From Dicyema japonicum (lineage: Eukaryota > Animalia > Dicyemida): 64,000 bases of DNA. A program made the translations under genes and the position numbers. The notes beneath the pieces are model-generated. The model saw nothing but the letters and a program-made list of their open reading frames with translations, did no database searches and was not told where the DNA came from. Below are positions 1 to 12,030 of this stretch, piece by piece. Each line of letters starts with the position of its first letter. Position 1 is the first letter of the stretch. The stretch is from contig RDEW01000023.1 in NCBI GenBank assembly GCA_011109175.1, forward strand, positions 469,225-533,224, written 5' to 3'.

Positions 1-384
1 TAAAGTGGGTTTAGGATCATAAAGTTAAATAAGTCAATTTTTAGATCAAAATTTCGACTTTATAAGTCAAAAAATCGTCCTGGTTATAATTTTCCTTTAG
101 GCTTATAAAAATCGATATCTTTCCTAGTGATTGGATGCTTGTGTTTTTGCGCGTTCTAATAAACGAGATGGCTTCATCCGTTCCTTAGAAAATCCACACC
201 ACATTGCAAACACAATTTTTTAAGTGGATTTTATGGATTTTTAATTAAACCCATAATATAAATGGTTCTCTTTATAATCCCTTATTTTAAACAGGTCCCA
301 TCAAAAAGTTGCATGCTTTATTATTTAAATTATTTAGAATAAATTTATTTGTAAATATATCATAAAGGGTTATTTATTTAATAA

Positions 385-640
385 TTTGTCAAAATGCTTA
401 ATAACTTTGTCATAAAGCTTAATAACTTTGTCAAATACTTAATAATTTTGTCAAAATGTTTAATAATTCGTCAAAATACTTAATAACTTTGTCAAAATGT
501 TTAATAACTTTGTCAAAATATTTAATAACTTTGTCATAAAGTTTAATAACTTTGTCAAAATACTTAATAAATTTGTCAAAATGTTTAATAATTTGTCAAA
601 ATACTTAATAATTTTGTAAAAATGTTTAATAACTTTGTAA
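385..640 (+). repeat. Tandem ~21-nt repeat AATAACTTTGTCAAAATGTTT (left TIR array)
   Basis: About 12 degenerate units read directly. Confidence 0.9.
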
Positions 641-752
641 AGATTATTATTTATATTTTTGAGATTATTATTTATATTTTGGGATTATTATTTATATTTT
701 TGGGATCATTATTTATATTTATTGGATCATTATTTATATTTATTGGATTATT
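641..752 (+). repeat. Tandem ~22-nt repeat GATTATTATTTATATTTTTG, about 5 units
   Basis: Seen directly, between the left TIR and the transposase start. Confidence 0.85.
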
Positions 753-792
753 AAGTTCCTATAAATACAAATTTTAGCGCAAATTGAATTAA

Positions 793-1846
793 ATGAATAG
801 TTACAAAAACAAAAATACTACTCTATCCGAAGATAACCGAACACTTATTATAAATAAACATGAAGCAGGGTTGGCTTATTCAAAAATAAGCGAAGACATC
901 TGTATTAACTATCAGACAGTTGTTTCTATCGTCAAAATCATACAAAAATACAGGAAGTTTTGCTTCAACAAAAAATAATTGTGGACGAAAAAAAAACTTA
1001 ATTCATCGGATATCTTATTTTTGACTAAAAAAATTGAAGAAGATGCTTCATTTTACTCTGAAGAATTTAAAAAATTCTTTATTTGATGTGCAAAGAAAAA
1101 TGTCTCTTTATCGACAATAAATAGGACGCTAGATACATTTGGATATAGTTTTAAAAAGATTCAATTTGTACCTATGGCGAGAAAATTCTACAATAAATAT
1201 GGAAGAAAGATATAGATTTGCCAGAAAAATAATTGAAATTGATAATCAACGACTTATTTTTATAGACGAAATGGGAGTCAATTGTTCGATGAGATCCAAA
1301 TTTGGAAGATCTATAAAAGGAGTTACTCCCGAAAAAATGTATTAGAAACATAAGAGAGAAAAATTTTTCTATTGTGCTGCTATTTCTGTGGACGGCCTTT
1401 TACATTACGAAATCAATTCCTCCCCTTATCGCGCAGAGAGACGTTCATTGATTTTGTAATGCAGCTTAATTATAAGCTTGAACATGCAGGGAAAAAAAGT
1501 ATGGTTATATATTATATTTAAGACATGGTATTGATATGTGACAATGCATCAATTTACAAGAGCGAGCAATTAAAAAATGTTGTATTCGGAACTGGTATCC
1601 AATTAATTTTTAACGTGTATAGGGTATGAATTGTATTTTTTGCCTCCTTATACTCCTCAACTCAATCCAATTGAAGAGTTTTTTTCTGTTTGGAAAAATA
1701 ACATCAAAAAGAAAAATTGTAGGAACTCTGAGGAATTAATAAACGCAATCCACAACATCGGAGAAATTCCATCAGATGTGTGCAATAATTTGTATAGCCA
1801 CATGCGGAGCTATTTAGTTAAAGCATTGGCTTATGAAGAATTTTAA
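793..1846 (+). pseudogene. Tc1/IS630-type DD34E transposase, frameshifted, with two mini-introns (1499-1522, 1595-1622)
   Basis: N-terminal HTH-like ORF, then LIFIDEMG, LICDNASIYK and FLPPYTPQLNPIEE motifs. Frames are broken by indels; two GT-AG segments join the catalytic motifs. Confidence 0.8.
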
Positions 1847-1897
1847 TTTATAGTTGTTTTTTCAATTAATTATAAAATTGGTTTCTTTTAATTTGAC

Positions 1898-2200
1898 CCT
1901 TGACAAAGTTATTAAACATTTTGACAAAGTTATTAAATTTTGACAAATTTATTAAGTATTTTGACAATTATTAAAATTTTGACAAATATTAAATTTTTGA
2001 CAAAGTTATTAAATTTTGACAAAGTTATTAAATTTTTGACAAAGTTATTAAACATTTTGACAAAGTTATTAATTTTATGACAAAGTTATTAAACATTTTG
2101 ACGAATTATTAAACATTTTGACAAAATTATTAGATATTTTGACAAAGTTATTAGACATTTTGACAAAGTTATTAAATTTTATGACAAAGTTATTAAATAA
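1898..2200 (-). repeat. Tandem ~21-nt repeat (right TIR array; reverse complement of 385-640)
   Basis: GACAAAGTTATTAAACATTTT units, about 14. Confidence 0.9.
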
Positions 2201-2289
2201 ATAGGAAAACCCTGTAATTAAAAAATCCGTAATTCAAAAATCGCCCTCTGACAAATAAAAATCGTCCCTCAGGGGCGAATCTCTCCTCT

Positions 2290-2395
2290 TTGAGAAACGT
2301 TGAATTAGAAAATGCGCTCTCGGAGTTGTTTCAACAACCAGAATCTGACCTGCCTGAGAAGCCTGGCGAGCAGGCAAGCGAGGAAGGTTGTTAAA
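2290..2395 (+). mobile_element. 3' terminal fragment of the R4/Dong-like family seen at 31893-35299
   Basis: Encodes ALSELFQQPESDLPEKPGEQASEEGC*, matching the C-terminus ALSELFQQPESNLPEEAGEQAGEEGC of the long copy. Confidence 0.85.
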
Positions 2396-2777
2396 AATCA
2401 TTTAGTTAGTTATTAACCCAGACCTCACTACTTGTAGGAGGCCAACTGATATCAGGCGTCCAATAGCTAATGATAATGCTTCCACAGGTCTCTGATGTTC
2501 ACTGGAGGTCCTGGACAGGATAAAGCTTCTTTTAGAATCAATAATAATCGGTCCAGTAAAGAAACCAAGAGCCCGATTCGTCTTTTAGGAAGAAGTGTCT
2601 AGAACGTAATTGTGCTAGGGTCAAATAGTTACATTTTTGGTTGGTTAAATTTTAATTTAATTTATTAACTCCGGATACACCGAGAAGTTAAAGTAAATAA
2701 AGTGATCAAACTATAATTTAAATAATAATTATTTTAAATAATAAATAAATAATCCCGTTAGGAAGATCGTTCATTTG

Positions 2778-4001
2778 ATGAAACGTAAGCATCAATCAGA
2801 TTATGAGCGTATTGCGTTCCTGGGTGAAGGACAGGTCGTTTTTATTTTGTCAAATTAGTACGCCATTGTTTATAAGGCCTGCAGAATTGGGGAACCTAAT
2901 AAATTTTACGCTATAAAAAAAGTAAAGTATATTTTTTCATTATAGATGAGATCATACGACCGAAGATCTTCATCTGATGGAGTCCATATAACCTCCGTTA
3001 GGGAACTTAAATATTTAAGAGAATTCAAAATCAAAAACATAATTTCTGTACTTTTCACGACATATTCCAGATTACTGATACATTTGAGAATGACGGTTGT
3101 ATTCACCTAGTGATGGAGTACATGGACTATGACTTGGAGGTATTTGTGGTTTATATGTTTAGTCTATGATTAAAAAGAAGGATTTGTCGATTTCTCACAT
3201 CAAATTTTTTACTTATCAACTACTTCTGGCACTCGACTATTTGCATAAAAAGAGCATACTTCACAGAGTAAGTTATGTGTCATATTGTAGGACATTAAGC
3301 CCAGTAACGTACTGGTGAACAAAATGGGAGTCGTAAAGTTGACTGATTTTGGGTTAGCTCGGAAGTACGGGATTCCAAATCAGCAATTTACTCCAGGTGT
3401 GGCCACAATGTTCTACTTATTGGATATTTTAGATGGTACAGAGCCCCGGAACTGCTATATGGGGCTCGGCATTATGGAACAGGGGTTGATATCTGGTCAT
3501 TTGGATGTATTATTGGAGAATTCAGCACAAGGGTTTGATTGTGTTTATATGTAGACTGCGTTATTCCCTGGACATACGGATATTGATCAATTAAATAAGA
3601 TATTTGCAATTAGGGGATCACCTAATAAGGATACATGGCCTGTTTGTGTCTCCATTTATTCTAGAATGTCCACTTATTACCAGACTATTTGGAATTTTCT
3701 TATATGCCCACGATTTCCTTGAAATGCATCCTTCCTAACGCTTCCATTGATTTAGTTGCCATCGTTGAGGACGCACTTCAGATTAACCCAATCAACCGGC
3801 CTTCAGCTTCCAAAGTACTCTTTGTTGTCATTTCTAGTTGCTATCTTTTAAATTCTTAAGCGATCTTCCTTCTCCATCCGACTATAGGGACCCTCCTGAT
3901 CTTCAGACGGACAACGAAAACGTCTCGTCTTATGGTAGATACCAATTATATCTTTAGGAAATGTTTCTAGAAGATTGTTTCATTGAATTGTTTAATTTAA
4001 T
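2778..4001 (+). CDS. CDK7: Cyclin-dependent kinase 7-like (CAK/TFIIH kinase), 11 exons separated by 22-24 nt introns
   Basis: Spliced translation gives [70 protein letters not shown] and [19 protein letters not shown](F/Y)A.VYKA and GAR.YG.GVD are CDK7-type. The last intron (3935-3957) and stop at 4001 are less certain. Confidence 0.85.
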
Positions 4002-4065
4002 CCTAGTTTGATTTTGTGAAAAAGATTATTTTTTATAAACTAAGTGATATGACTTGTCTCCAAGC

Positions 4066-4215
4066 CAGTGGTTCTCAACCTTTTTGGTGTGCGTGCCAAA
4101 TCAATAATTAACAATTGGTTCGCTTAATTAGTTGTTTACTTTAACTTCTTTCTCGGAGTATCCGGGGTTAATAAATTAATTAAAAACAATTGGTTCGGGC
4201 GCCGAAAATTTTTTT
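4066..4215 (+). mobile_element. Partial hAT-type MITE (left end only)
   Basis: Starts CAGTGGTTCTCAACC, a typical hAT/Charlie TIR start. No right TIR seen. Confidence 0.45.
4123..4186 (+). mobile_element. 5'-truncated copy of the ~320-nt non-autonomous retroposon (SINE-X), with 12-bp TSD
   Basis: ACAATTGGTTCG flanks both sides. The interior matches the tail of 46497-46819. Confidence 0.8.
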
Positions 4216-4225
4216 TAAGAAAATT

Positions 4226-4229
<4 letters not shown>

Positions 4230-4264
<35 letters not shown>

Positions 4265-4606
4265 CCTTTTCACGAGAGCCATAGTATTTTATAGCTCCGC
4301 ATAGGCAGGACACACACTTTATTTAAGTAAAGAACAGTTAATTTTAACTAATCGTAGAACCAAGGAATGATCTTCACTTCTTTTTTTTTTTTCTTTTTCT
4401 TGTGTGAGTGTCCTTTCTAGACAAATCCAGTTCCGCAGTGAGTATTCACTGATGACGGCGTCACTCGTCAAACCATTTCTGCATCGTAGATGCGTGGAAC
4501 CTTCCACCAGGTGAACAGCAGCGAGATTCGAAGATTCGAACCCGTAGATTCGAACCCGTAGCCTAAGCCACTTAAGCCCGACACCTAACCACTACGCCAC
4601 CCGGCC
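4230..4606 (-). mobile_element. Full-length tRNA-derived SINE with poly(A) tail and TSD
   Basis: Minus-strand head GGCCGGGTGGCGTAGTGG (A box) and duplicated GGTTCGAATC (B box). 31-nt poly(A). AAAATTAAACT is repeated on both sides. A near-identical copy lies at 47548-47863. Confidence 0.9.
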
Positions 4607-4649
4607 AAAATTAAACTTTATTAACTAAAATTAATATGAGAATTGAATC

Positions 4650-5700
4650 TGCCTTCTTAATATGAGAATTGAATTCCAATTAGCTCCGTGTTCGAGTCTT
4701 CCATTAGGCTCTTGTAAGAAGAAAAGTTCTCAAGGTATTTTATTCCTTTTCTATCAAGAGTCAGTAGACCCCCTCCTTGCCAGATGGACGGTCGGATCTT
4801 ATTGTGTTGTATCCATTAAAGAGAGAAGTAGGAATGTTTTCTGAAAGCTTCGTTTCCTGCAGAAGGCAGATATCTACTCTGTTCCTTTCCAAAAATAAAG
4901 AAAGTTTGGCATTCTTTCCAGAGATGCCGTCGACATGAGATGAAAAGGACATGTGTGTTGAAAGTGATCCCCAAGATTTTCAGATTCTTCGTGAAAGGTA
5001 TTTTTGTCTATTTGATGTATTCACTGTCATTTGTCCAAGTCGTTTGTTCGAAATAAATAAGGACGAAGAAGATTCTTCAGTAGATATATAAAGGCGGTTA
5101 TAATTTAGTCAAATTTGAATCTTGTGAAGCTATTTTTTGTAGTCTTTCTGATGCCTTTAGGAGATTTGATCGCGGGATCCGACTAATAGGTCATCAGCAT
5201 ATGATAGGAGGAAATCGTCTTCATTATCGGGTTGTAGTAAATCGGACATATATAAGTTAAATAAGGCGGATGATAAAGGGGAACTTTGTGGGACACCATT
5301 GGGTAGTAATCTTGAAACTGATTTGGTCCCATCCATGTATACCCGGGCCTTTCTTCTATTGAAATTAGCAAACCAGAGTTTTATATTGAGGTTGACAAAA
5401 AGGCCAAATAATTTTCGGGTTAGGATTTTCCTGGAGACAGAGTCGAAGGCCTTTTGTAAATCGATCGAGCAAACGACTGTTTTGAGGTGGCGAGTATTTG
5501 TGTTAAAGCCTTTAAGGATAAATTGGTTGAGGGCAGTGAGGTGGGTAGAAGTTGAATAACCCATTCTGAATCTATGTTGTGAAGATGAAAAAGGAAGGGA
5601 CGGGGTTATAAGATTAAGAATTTTTTCCAATAATTTTGATAAGGTGCATAGTAAAGAGATTGGTCGAAATGATGCAGGATTGTCCTTAGGCTTTCCCAGT
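4650..5700 (-). mobile_element. Rearranged APE-RT LINE fragments (Ingi/Vingi-like)
   Basis: RT motifs SIDLQKAFDSV, GVPQSSPLSSALFN and YADD, then an APE fragment DICLLQETKL. Confidence 0.8.
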
Positions 5701-5869
5701 CTTAAGGATTGGGTGTATATATGACAGTTTTCAGATAATTGAATTTGTATTCATATATATTGAATAGTTGAAAATCACTGATATTACATCAATCGCAATA
5801 GGTCCATGGTGTTTTAGTAAGATACTAGGGATAGAATATTTTTGTCTGGTTGATAAATATTAGCTCTTT

Positions 5870-7630
5870 TCTAAGAGACGAAACTTAACCCACGGCGACC
5901 AACACCCAACTTTCCGGGAAACACTGTTTTCAGACGAGACAAAGGCCATGGAAAGGGAGGAGTCCTTATTACGCTAATTAGGAAGCATATAATGGCCAAA
6001 ATATTTCGGACGACATCCCGGACCCCTCACTGCCTGGACTACACACTGGAACAACTAACTCTGAGAATATGCCTACCCTCTCTATATATTGACAGTTGTC
6101 AATATGTACATACCCCTTCCACCGTCATGCCCCAGCGGCTACAGCCCAGAACTCAAGAGATTCACCAGGTTGGAAAACACGCAAATTGGCGGTGACCTAA
6201 ATGCGAAGAGTTCTCAATTTGGTATGCTGACCAACAACTGGATCAACGGGGAACCTTCATATCCAACAGTTTTGACGACTTGATCATTCTCAATAATCCA
6301 AGCAGACACACAAGGACCCCTTCCCGTCGAGGCGACCCCCTACTTCACCAGACATTTCTTTTGCCGCTCCTTCTCTTGCGGCTGTCATTTCATGAAATGT
6401 TATATACGACTTACATACGGACATAACCCGATTTTCATGAGGATCCCACAAAAACATAAATTAATGAACAATCCGAGAACCAATGTGAACTTCTCAAAGG
6501 CAATATGGCCCACATTCACATATTTCATCGAACTATACCTTCAGGCCTTCCGGATAGAGAACTTCGGATCTATCGACGCAGCTGTCGAATACCTAAACGA
6601 GATTATACTCAGAGCTTCCAAAAGATACATTCCGATGGGTCGTCCTCAACGTCCATCACACTCAATTGATGCTGAAATGCGAGATCTAATCCAAACGAGA
6701 AATAAGTTGAAGAATTTCGATAGATAATCAGTGGACGTAACTGAAAGGATATCAAAACTGAACAAAGAAATTACGCGGAACATCACAAAATACAGCAATG
6801 AACGTTGGGAAGTTTTGCTCAGAAAAGCTACAAACAATACTTCCCCCACTGTATTATGGAAATCGACAAAAGGCTCAAGAAGTGCTTTCCGCATTTAATT
6901 GGACATCGAGAGTCATGTCCAAATCCCAATGACATTATGAAGTACTATGTGAATATTAGTCATAAACCATATGGTTATAGTTTCCACTTCTACAGACCTG
7001 GATGTTCGTTCTGGCAATGGTCGAAGGAATAAATGTCCCAACATGACTTTCTTCGACCTTTCAATGGTGCACTCAGTAATCAGGAAAATGAATAACTCAA
7101 CATCTCTATTCTCGAACTGAAACACCTGGGTCCTTCCATAACGGCCGCAATAACACAAATTTTCAACTTCTCAATAAACGAGAACAAGATTCCGTCAATA
7201 TGGAAAAATATCTGATCCACTCTATTCTGAAGAAAAACAAACCACCAAACTGCTCGTCCTCCTACCCCGGTATCCATCATCTGCGCCTTATCATGAGTGT
7301 TAGAAAAACTGGTCCTTCTCAAGATCCATCCTTTCATAACTCTACCATCTTTTCTACACTGATTCCGCGAAGGACACTCAACAACAACTCATCTAACAAA
7401 ACTGGTTCAGTTCATCTCTGACGGCCTGAAAACCCAAATCCATACGAGAGAACCGTGCTGGTCTCAATGGATGTAGAGAAGGCTTTTGACTCAGTATTCT
7501 GGAAGATCCTTATAGCAAAAATTTTTGCGACGTCGATCCACCGTAAAATCAAATCATGGTTGGCTAACTTCATCAACGATCGAATGGGCCAACCAAAAAT
7601 CAAAACCGCGATACCTTCCAAATAGAGTTC
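5870..7630 (+). mobile_element. Decayed APE-RT LINE (Ingi/Vingi-like)
   Basis: APE GDLNAK motif, linker, RT start (IPSIWKK, SMDVEKAFDSV). Many frameshifts; truncated by the CRE-like insertion. Confidence 0.8.
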
Positions 7631-10020
7631 CACAAGCAGGATGCCAGCGAGTTTCGCTCAAGTAGTTAGCAGCGCTCACAGGGATCTCCTGTTCGTGTAA
7701 AAATCCGATTCCCTAGACGACTCAAGAATTCCAGCGTAGTAGACGCAGGGGAACCAAACATTTCGATAGCGAGGGAAAAAACAAAAAATCCTCTGGTAGG
7801 ACCGCATACTTTACCCGTTTTTGACCCCTCGGCTCTGGTGTAGTTCAGGGTGAATGTGTCGGTTCAGGTGACGTCCATGAAAAGAGGTTTCCCGATTTCA
7901 AAGGGGAAGATCATCATCCCATCTAGTCGTTTCCCGTCACGCCTGCAAAGACTGACTGGTTCAAGCATAGAGAGGTGTCCAGCGGCGTCCAAAGCTAGTC
8001 TAATGACTTCGTTCAAGGTCATGTGTCTGGAAGATCTGCCTGTACTCGTCCTGCAGAAGAGAGGATGTAAGCCAAAACTGTTAATCTAGTCCTCGCTTCG
8101 GCATGGATGCGGCACACAGAAGTTTAAATCCGAGTCGTCATGATATCCTATAGGGACGCATTCATCATCCAGAAAGGTACCAAAAACTCCATTGGGAATG
8201 GCGTTGAGCCAGACACCGCTCTTGAAGACGCCCCCGACAAAGAACTACCACGACGATGTTGCTTAGATGACACCAGCAGATCTTCAAATGACTTCCGGCA
8301 TACGGCATCGTCCAGATCCTGTTGAAAAATCACGGAAGGTTTGAAAAACTGATAGGTACGGCTCAAGAGCATGACCGACGTCCTGGTCAGTAGAGAATTC
8401 AGGGAGGGAGTGTAGAATCTTCTTTACAAGGGAGTTACAGGTCATTAATGACGAGAGATATTCAGGGGGAGAAATGTCTACAGAGTTGTAAATTCAAAAC
8501 CTTTCAAGTCTGACAGGCTGTGTAGCCTGCTTGCATGAGTTTTCATCAAACCGGACATTAAAGATGCGCTCTGCTGTTGAACGGAAGATCCTATCAATGT
8601 GTGAGAGTTGGTCGCATTGGGTGAAATAGGGAACAGTCCTCAGGACATATGCAAGTCTATGTATACTGAGGCTGTTCTTTTGTAAGAATAATGATACGTT
8701 TACTTCAAGAAGACACAAACGGTCTAGAGTCACTTTGAGTAACAGCAGTTTTCTTCTTATAGTTCTCCCCATTACACGCATGGTGATTGGGAATCTAAAG
8801 TCTTCTTCAACGGATTTTCTTCTAAAGTTCACAATTGTAGATTTCGCATTCAGATACCATAGATTGAGGAGCGAGCTCTGAAGTTTAATAATTCTTTCGA
8901 TTGCAAGACAGAACAACAGGGGATCCATCTATGGGGGTCTCCTTGTTGCACTTCGGTATAGGAAAGGATTAGGTAGTCTCTGAAAAGTATGGATGAAGGT
9001 AGACTATAGAACTGATTTACAATTTCGAAAATATTATGGCATCTTTCCAAACTCGCATCCAGGATATTTATTATCTCTCCTTAAACTGTTGAAAACGTTC
9101 TTGATGTCTAGTTTGACAAATACATGTTCTTGGAATCTTCTATACTGCGGTTTAGAAATGTTCTCACTGAATGGACAGTGAACACCAACGCATACTTGAT
9201 GAAGGTTCAAGAATTGTAAAGGCGAATAGAATATCGTGAAGAAATCTTGGCAGCCAGCCTCCTGAAGACGAACCAGACCGCAACCGGTCGTACGTCGTCG
9301 CCCTTCTTATCGAAGACTATCAAGTTGGTGGAGAACAGGATGTGGCGGACAACTTCGGGAAATACTCCATACAGAATTCGGTTCTTAAGTGAGATAATTG
9401 AATACGTAAGACAAAGTCTTTGGTCTCCTACGGATAAAAAGGTTAGATCTTTCAGATGGCCAGATCTCATTCCGTCTAGCCCGCCACTGCTACTAGGAGA
9501 AAACTCCCGTATTGCGAAAAGAACTTCATCGTTTGATCCAGTCAAAGGAATCACTCTGGATGGGGGAGCGACTGGACTTAGGTTGTGGGGTGGCTAAGCT
9601 CATGGTGGTAGCGAGGGCGCAAAACTGAGTAGACGCACCCAATCCTGTACTGCGTTAGTCCGGAAAGCATTTTCAGTCGTTTTGGAAAGGGCCTCAGCGG
9701 CGACAAATCGTACGGCCTTAGAGATCTTCAAAGAAAGGTCCGTGAAGAAAGTAACTCAGAGATGAGGTGTAAGTGATGGGTAATTAACGGAAGAGATAAC
9801 AGTAGCACGGGAACGGGGAACCACCCTGCATAGGCCGAGGCATGACTAGCAGTGCCATGCTCCAAGCGCTCTCGCTGCGGCTTAGGATAGTTTGATACAC
9901 TCGAGGTGGAAGAAATTTCTACAAGCAGAACAGATTCCACGATTCCAAGTTCAGACTAGCCGACAGGATGAACACCTCTCAGATGACTTGGCGATAAGAT
10001 TTTCCGAAGTGAGAACAAGA
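7630..10020 (-). mobile_element. CRE-like RT + restriction-like endonuclease retrotransposon, decayed
   Basis: SSGGLDGMR, DVRPVAV..VFRRLAAK, VQQGDP, RPDGMMIFPF..GKPL..DVT..DT (REL), and an N-terminal Cys/His PHD-like segment. Confidence 0.8.
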
Positions 10021-12030
10021 TACATGAGAGACAGATACCCTGGGGATGCAAGTGGATGAAACTCTAGTGAGACAGAGGGTGAAACTCTTGGGAAGTGGGG
10101 ATAGGTATTATGCACAGCAGTACACTGCTATACACACAAACTACACAGCACAAGTTTTTTGTAAATTAAAAATAACAATAATCATTAAACAGCCACTCTA
10201 TTCATTTGAGTGGATTTTTGCTGCTCTATAATTTTAAAATATCAACGATTTTAACTAAAAATTACACCATTCAAGTCAAATATCTCAGAATTATCCACGG
10301 TACTAATTTTTATTTTATTGGTTCTAATGGAGTTCAACATACGGCGGAGTTCCACGTACGGAGGAGGGTGACAATTATTAGAGTCATTTTTATAACAGTT
10401 AAAATTTAAAATATAGCACTTAAAAGTAAAATTAAATTTTGAATTATTCAGCATTAAAAATTACATTTTTTGAATTATTCAGATAAAATTATAATTTTTA
10501 AAGAAAACGATTTATTAACAAAAAAAGAAAGATTTCTATAATTAATCCTTTGCAGACAGGATTGCGTATGCGTTCACAAGTAATACGGCGACGTCTTTTT
10601 AAAAAAAGCCATTTTTAAGGAAAAGATCATATCCTTTAAAGTTAATTTCTTGTATGAATTGTATACCGAAATATTATGAGTAGGGCAAGTTGTTTCTAGC
10701 ACTTAAAAATTTTATTAGCGCTATAAAATTAGTAAATCTAGCACTTATAAAGAAAAATTGCATTTAAAATATAAAACAAATATTTAAAAATATACAAATA
10801 AAAGGATATTATTTATAGTAGTATAATAAAATTGGCTGAGCACGTTCCCATCATCTTCAATTGGTTCCCCTCTGGAACAGGACGCCCTGTCATGCGGCTC
10901 GACAAAAAATGTCATGTGACTTGTCGACGACGTGGTGGCATTTAAAAGAAAAGAATCACACTTTCCCCTATCTTCACGGGTGGACCAATAAGGAAGGCCT
11001 GCGCCGCTGCGGAGACGTTGAGGCAAACCCTGACCAGCCAGAATAGTCCAACTCAACATAATTGGAATCAAGAACAAGATACTCGAACTTCGGACATTTG
11101 TGAAAGAAAATCACATCGATCTGTTGCTAATTCAAGAGTCTAAACTTTCTCCAAAGAATTAAACACCAGTATTTCCGGGATTCATAGTAATTCGCCGTGA
11201 CAGAATTGGCAAACTTGGTGGGGCCTTCTCATAGTTATTCGCAACGGCATTCCGTTTAATGATTTAACTAACAGTGCCTACAGTATGCTTAAAGGATATG
11301 GAAATCTCGAATTTTTAGTTACCAAAGTACGATTCCCAAGACTATCAATAATACTTGTCAACGCATATCTCCCACCATTGAATTCCTGCTCGTCCAGTGC
11401 TCCCAGACTGACTCCTCTCGCATCACTGAAGGATGTGAGTATCTGTGGTGACTTCAATGCGAAGCACCCACTGTGGCTGACAGGACAAACCTACGACAAA
11501 AGAGGGAAGATGATAATTGAGGACTTACACAGCCTATGTATACTCAACGATCCTGCATCCCATACAAGAACACTTACTCGACGCAACGATAAACCTTCTT
11601 CTATCGACATCTAACTGTCATCATCGTCCTTGGCCCCTCTTATTGACTGGTCAGTGACCACAATCCAATATTTTTGGAGGTCAAAACGAGGTCACAGATA
11701 AAAGGAAAATGTCCAACGATAACTAATTACAGCCTTGCAAATTGGAGAGGATTTAAGGATTACGTCGATAATTGCATTGGACTCTCCAGAGAGAAAAGTC
11801 GAAGTCTACATAGATCAAGACACTGATAAAATATTATACGTCTATCTCCTACAAGAAGTTTTCAAAAGAACATCAAGTATTCCTGAAAAAGATTGAACCG
11901 AAACGCTCCGATGACTGGATCCTACTTACTAGTCAGGATGTTCGCAGAGCCATATCCAAAGCCAACAACTCAGAGCCAAAGGACCAGACAACATAACCAC
12001 ATGTGAACTAAAGCACCTACGCCATCGAGC

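Larger units (their letters stand above)
365..2214 (+). mobile_element. IS630/Tc1-mariner DNA transposon with long tandem-repeat TIRs
   Basis: Ends TA|AAGGGT... (363-370) and ...ACCCTG|TA (2209-2216). Left and right arms are inverted arrays of the same ~21-nt unit and flank a DDE transposase relic. Confidence 0.85.

Noticed and set aside
385-640. CRISPR-like regular repeats (also 1898-2200 and 12040-12300)
   Set aside because: Units abut with no unique spacers, they form inverted transposon arms, and the genome is eukaryotic with no cas genes.
4540-4606. tRNA gene
   Set aside because: It has A and B boxes, but the B box is duplicated, no complete cloverleaf forms, and it continues into a SINE body with poly(A) and TSD.
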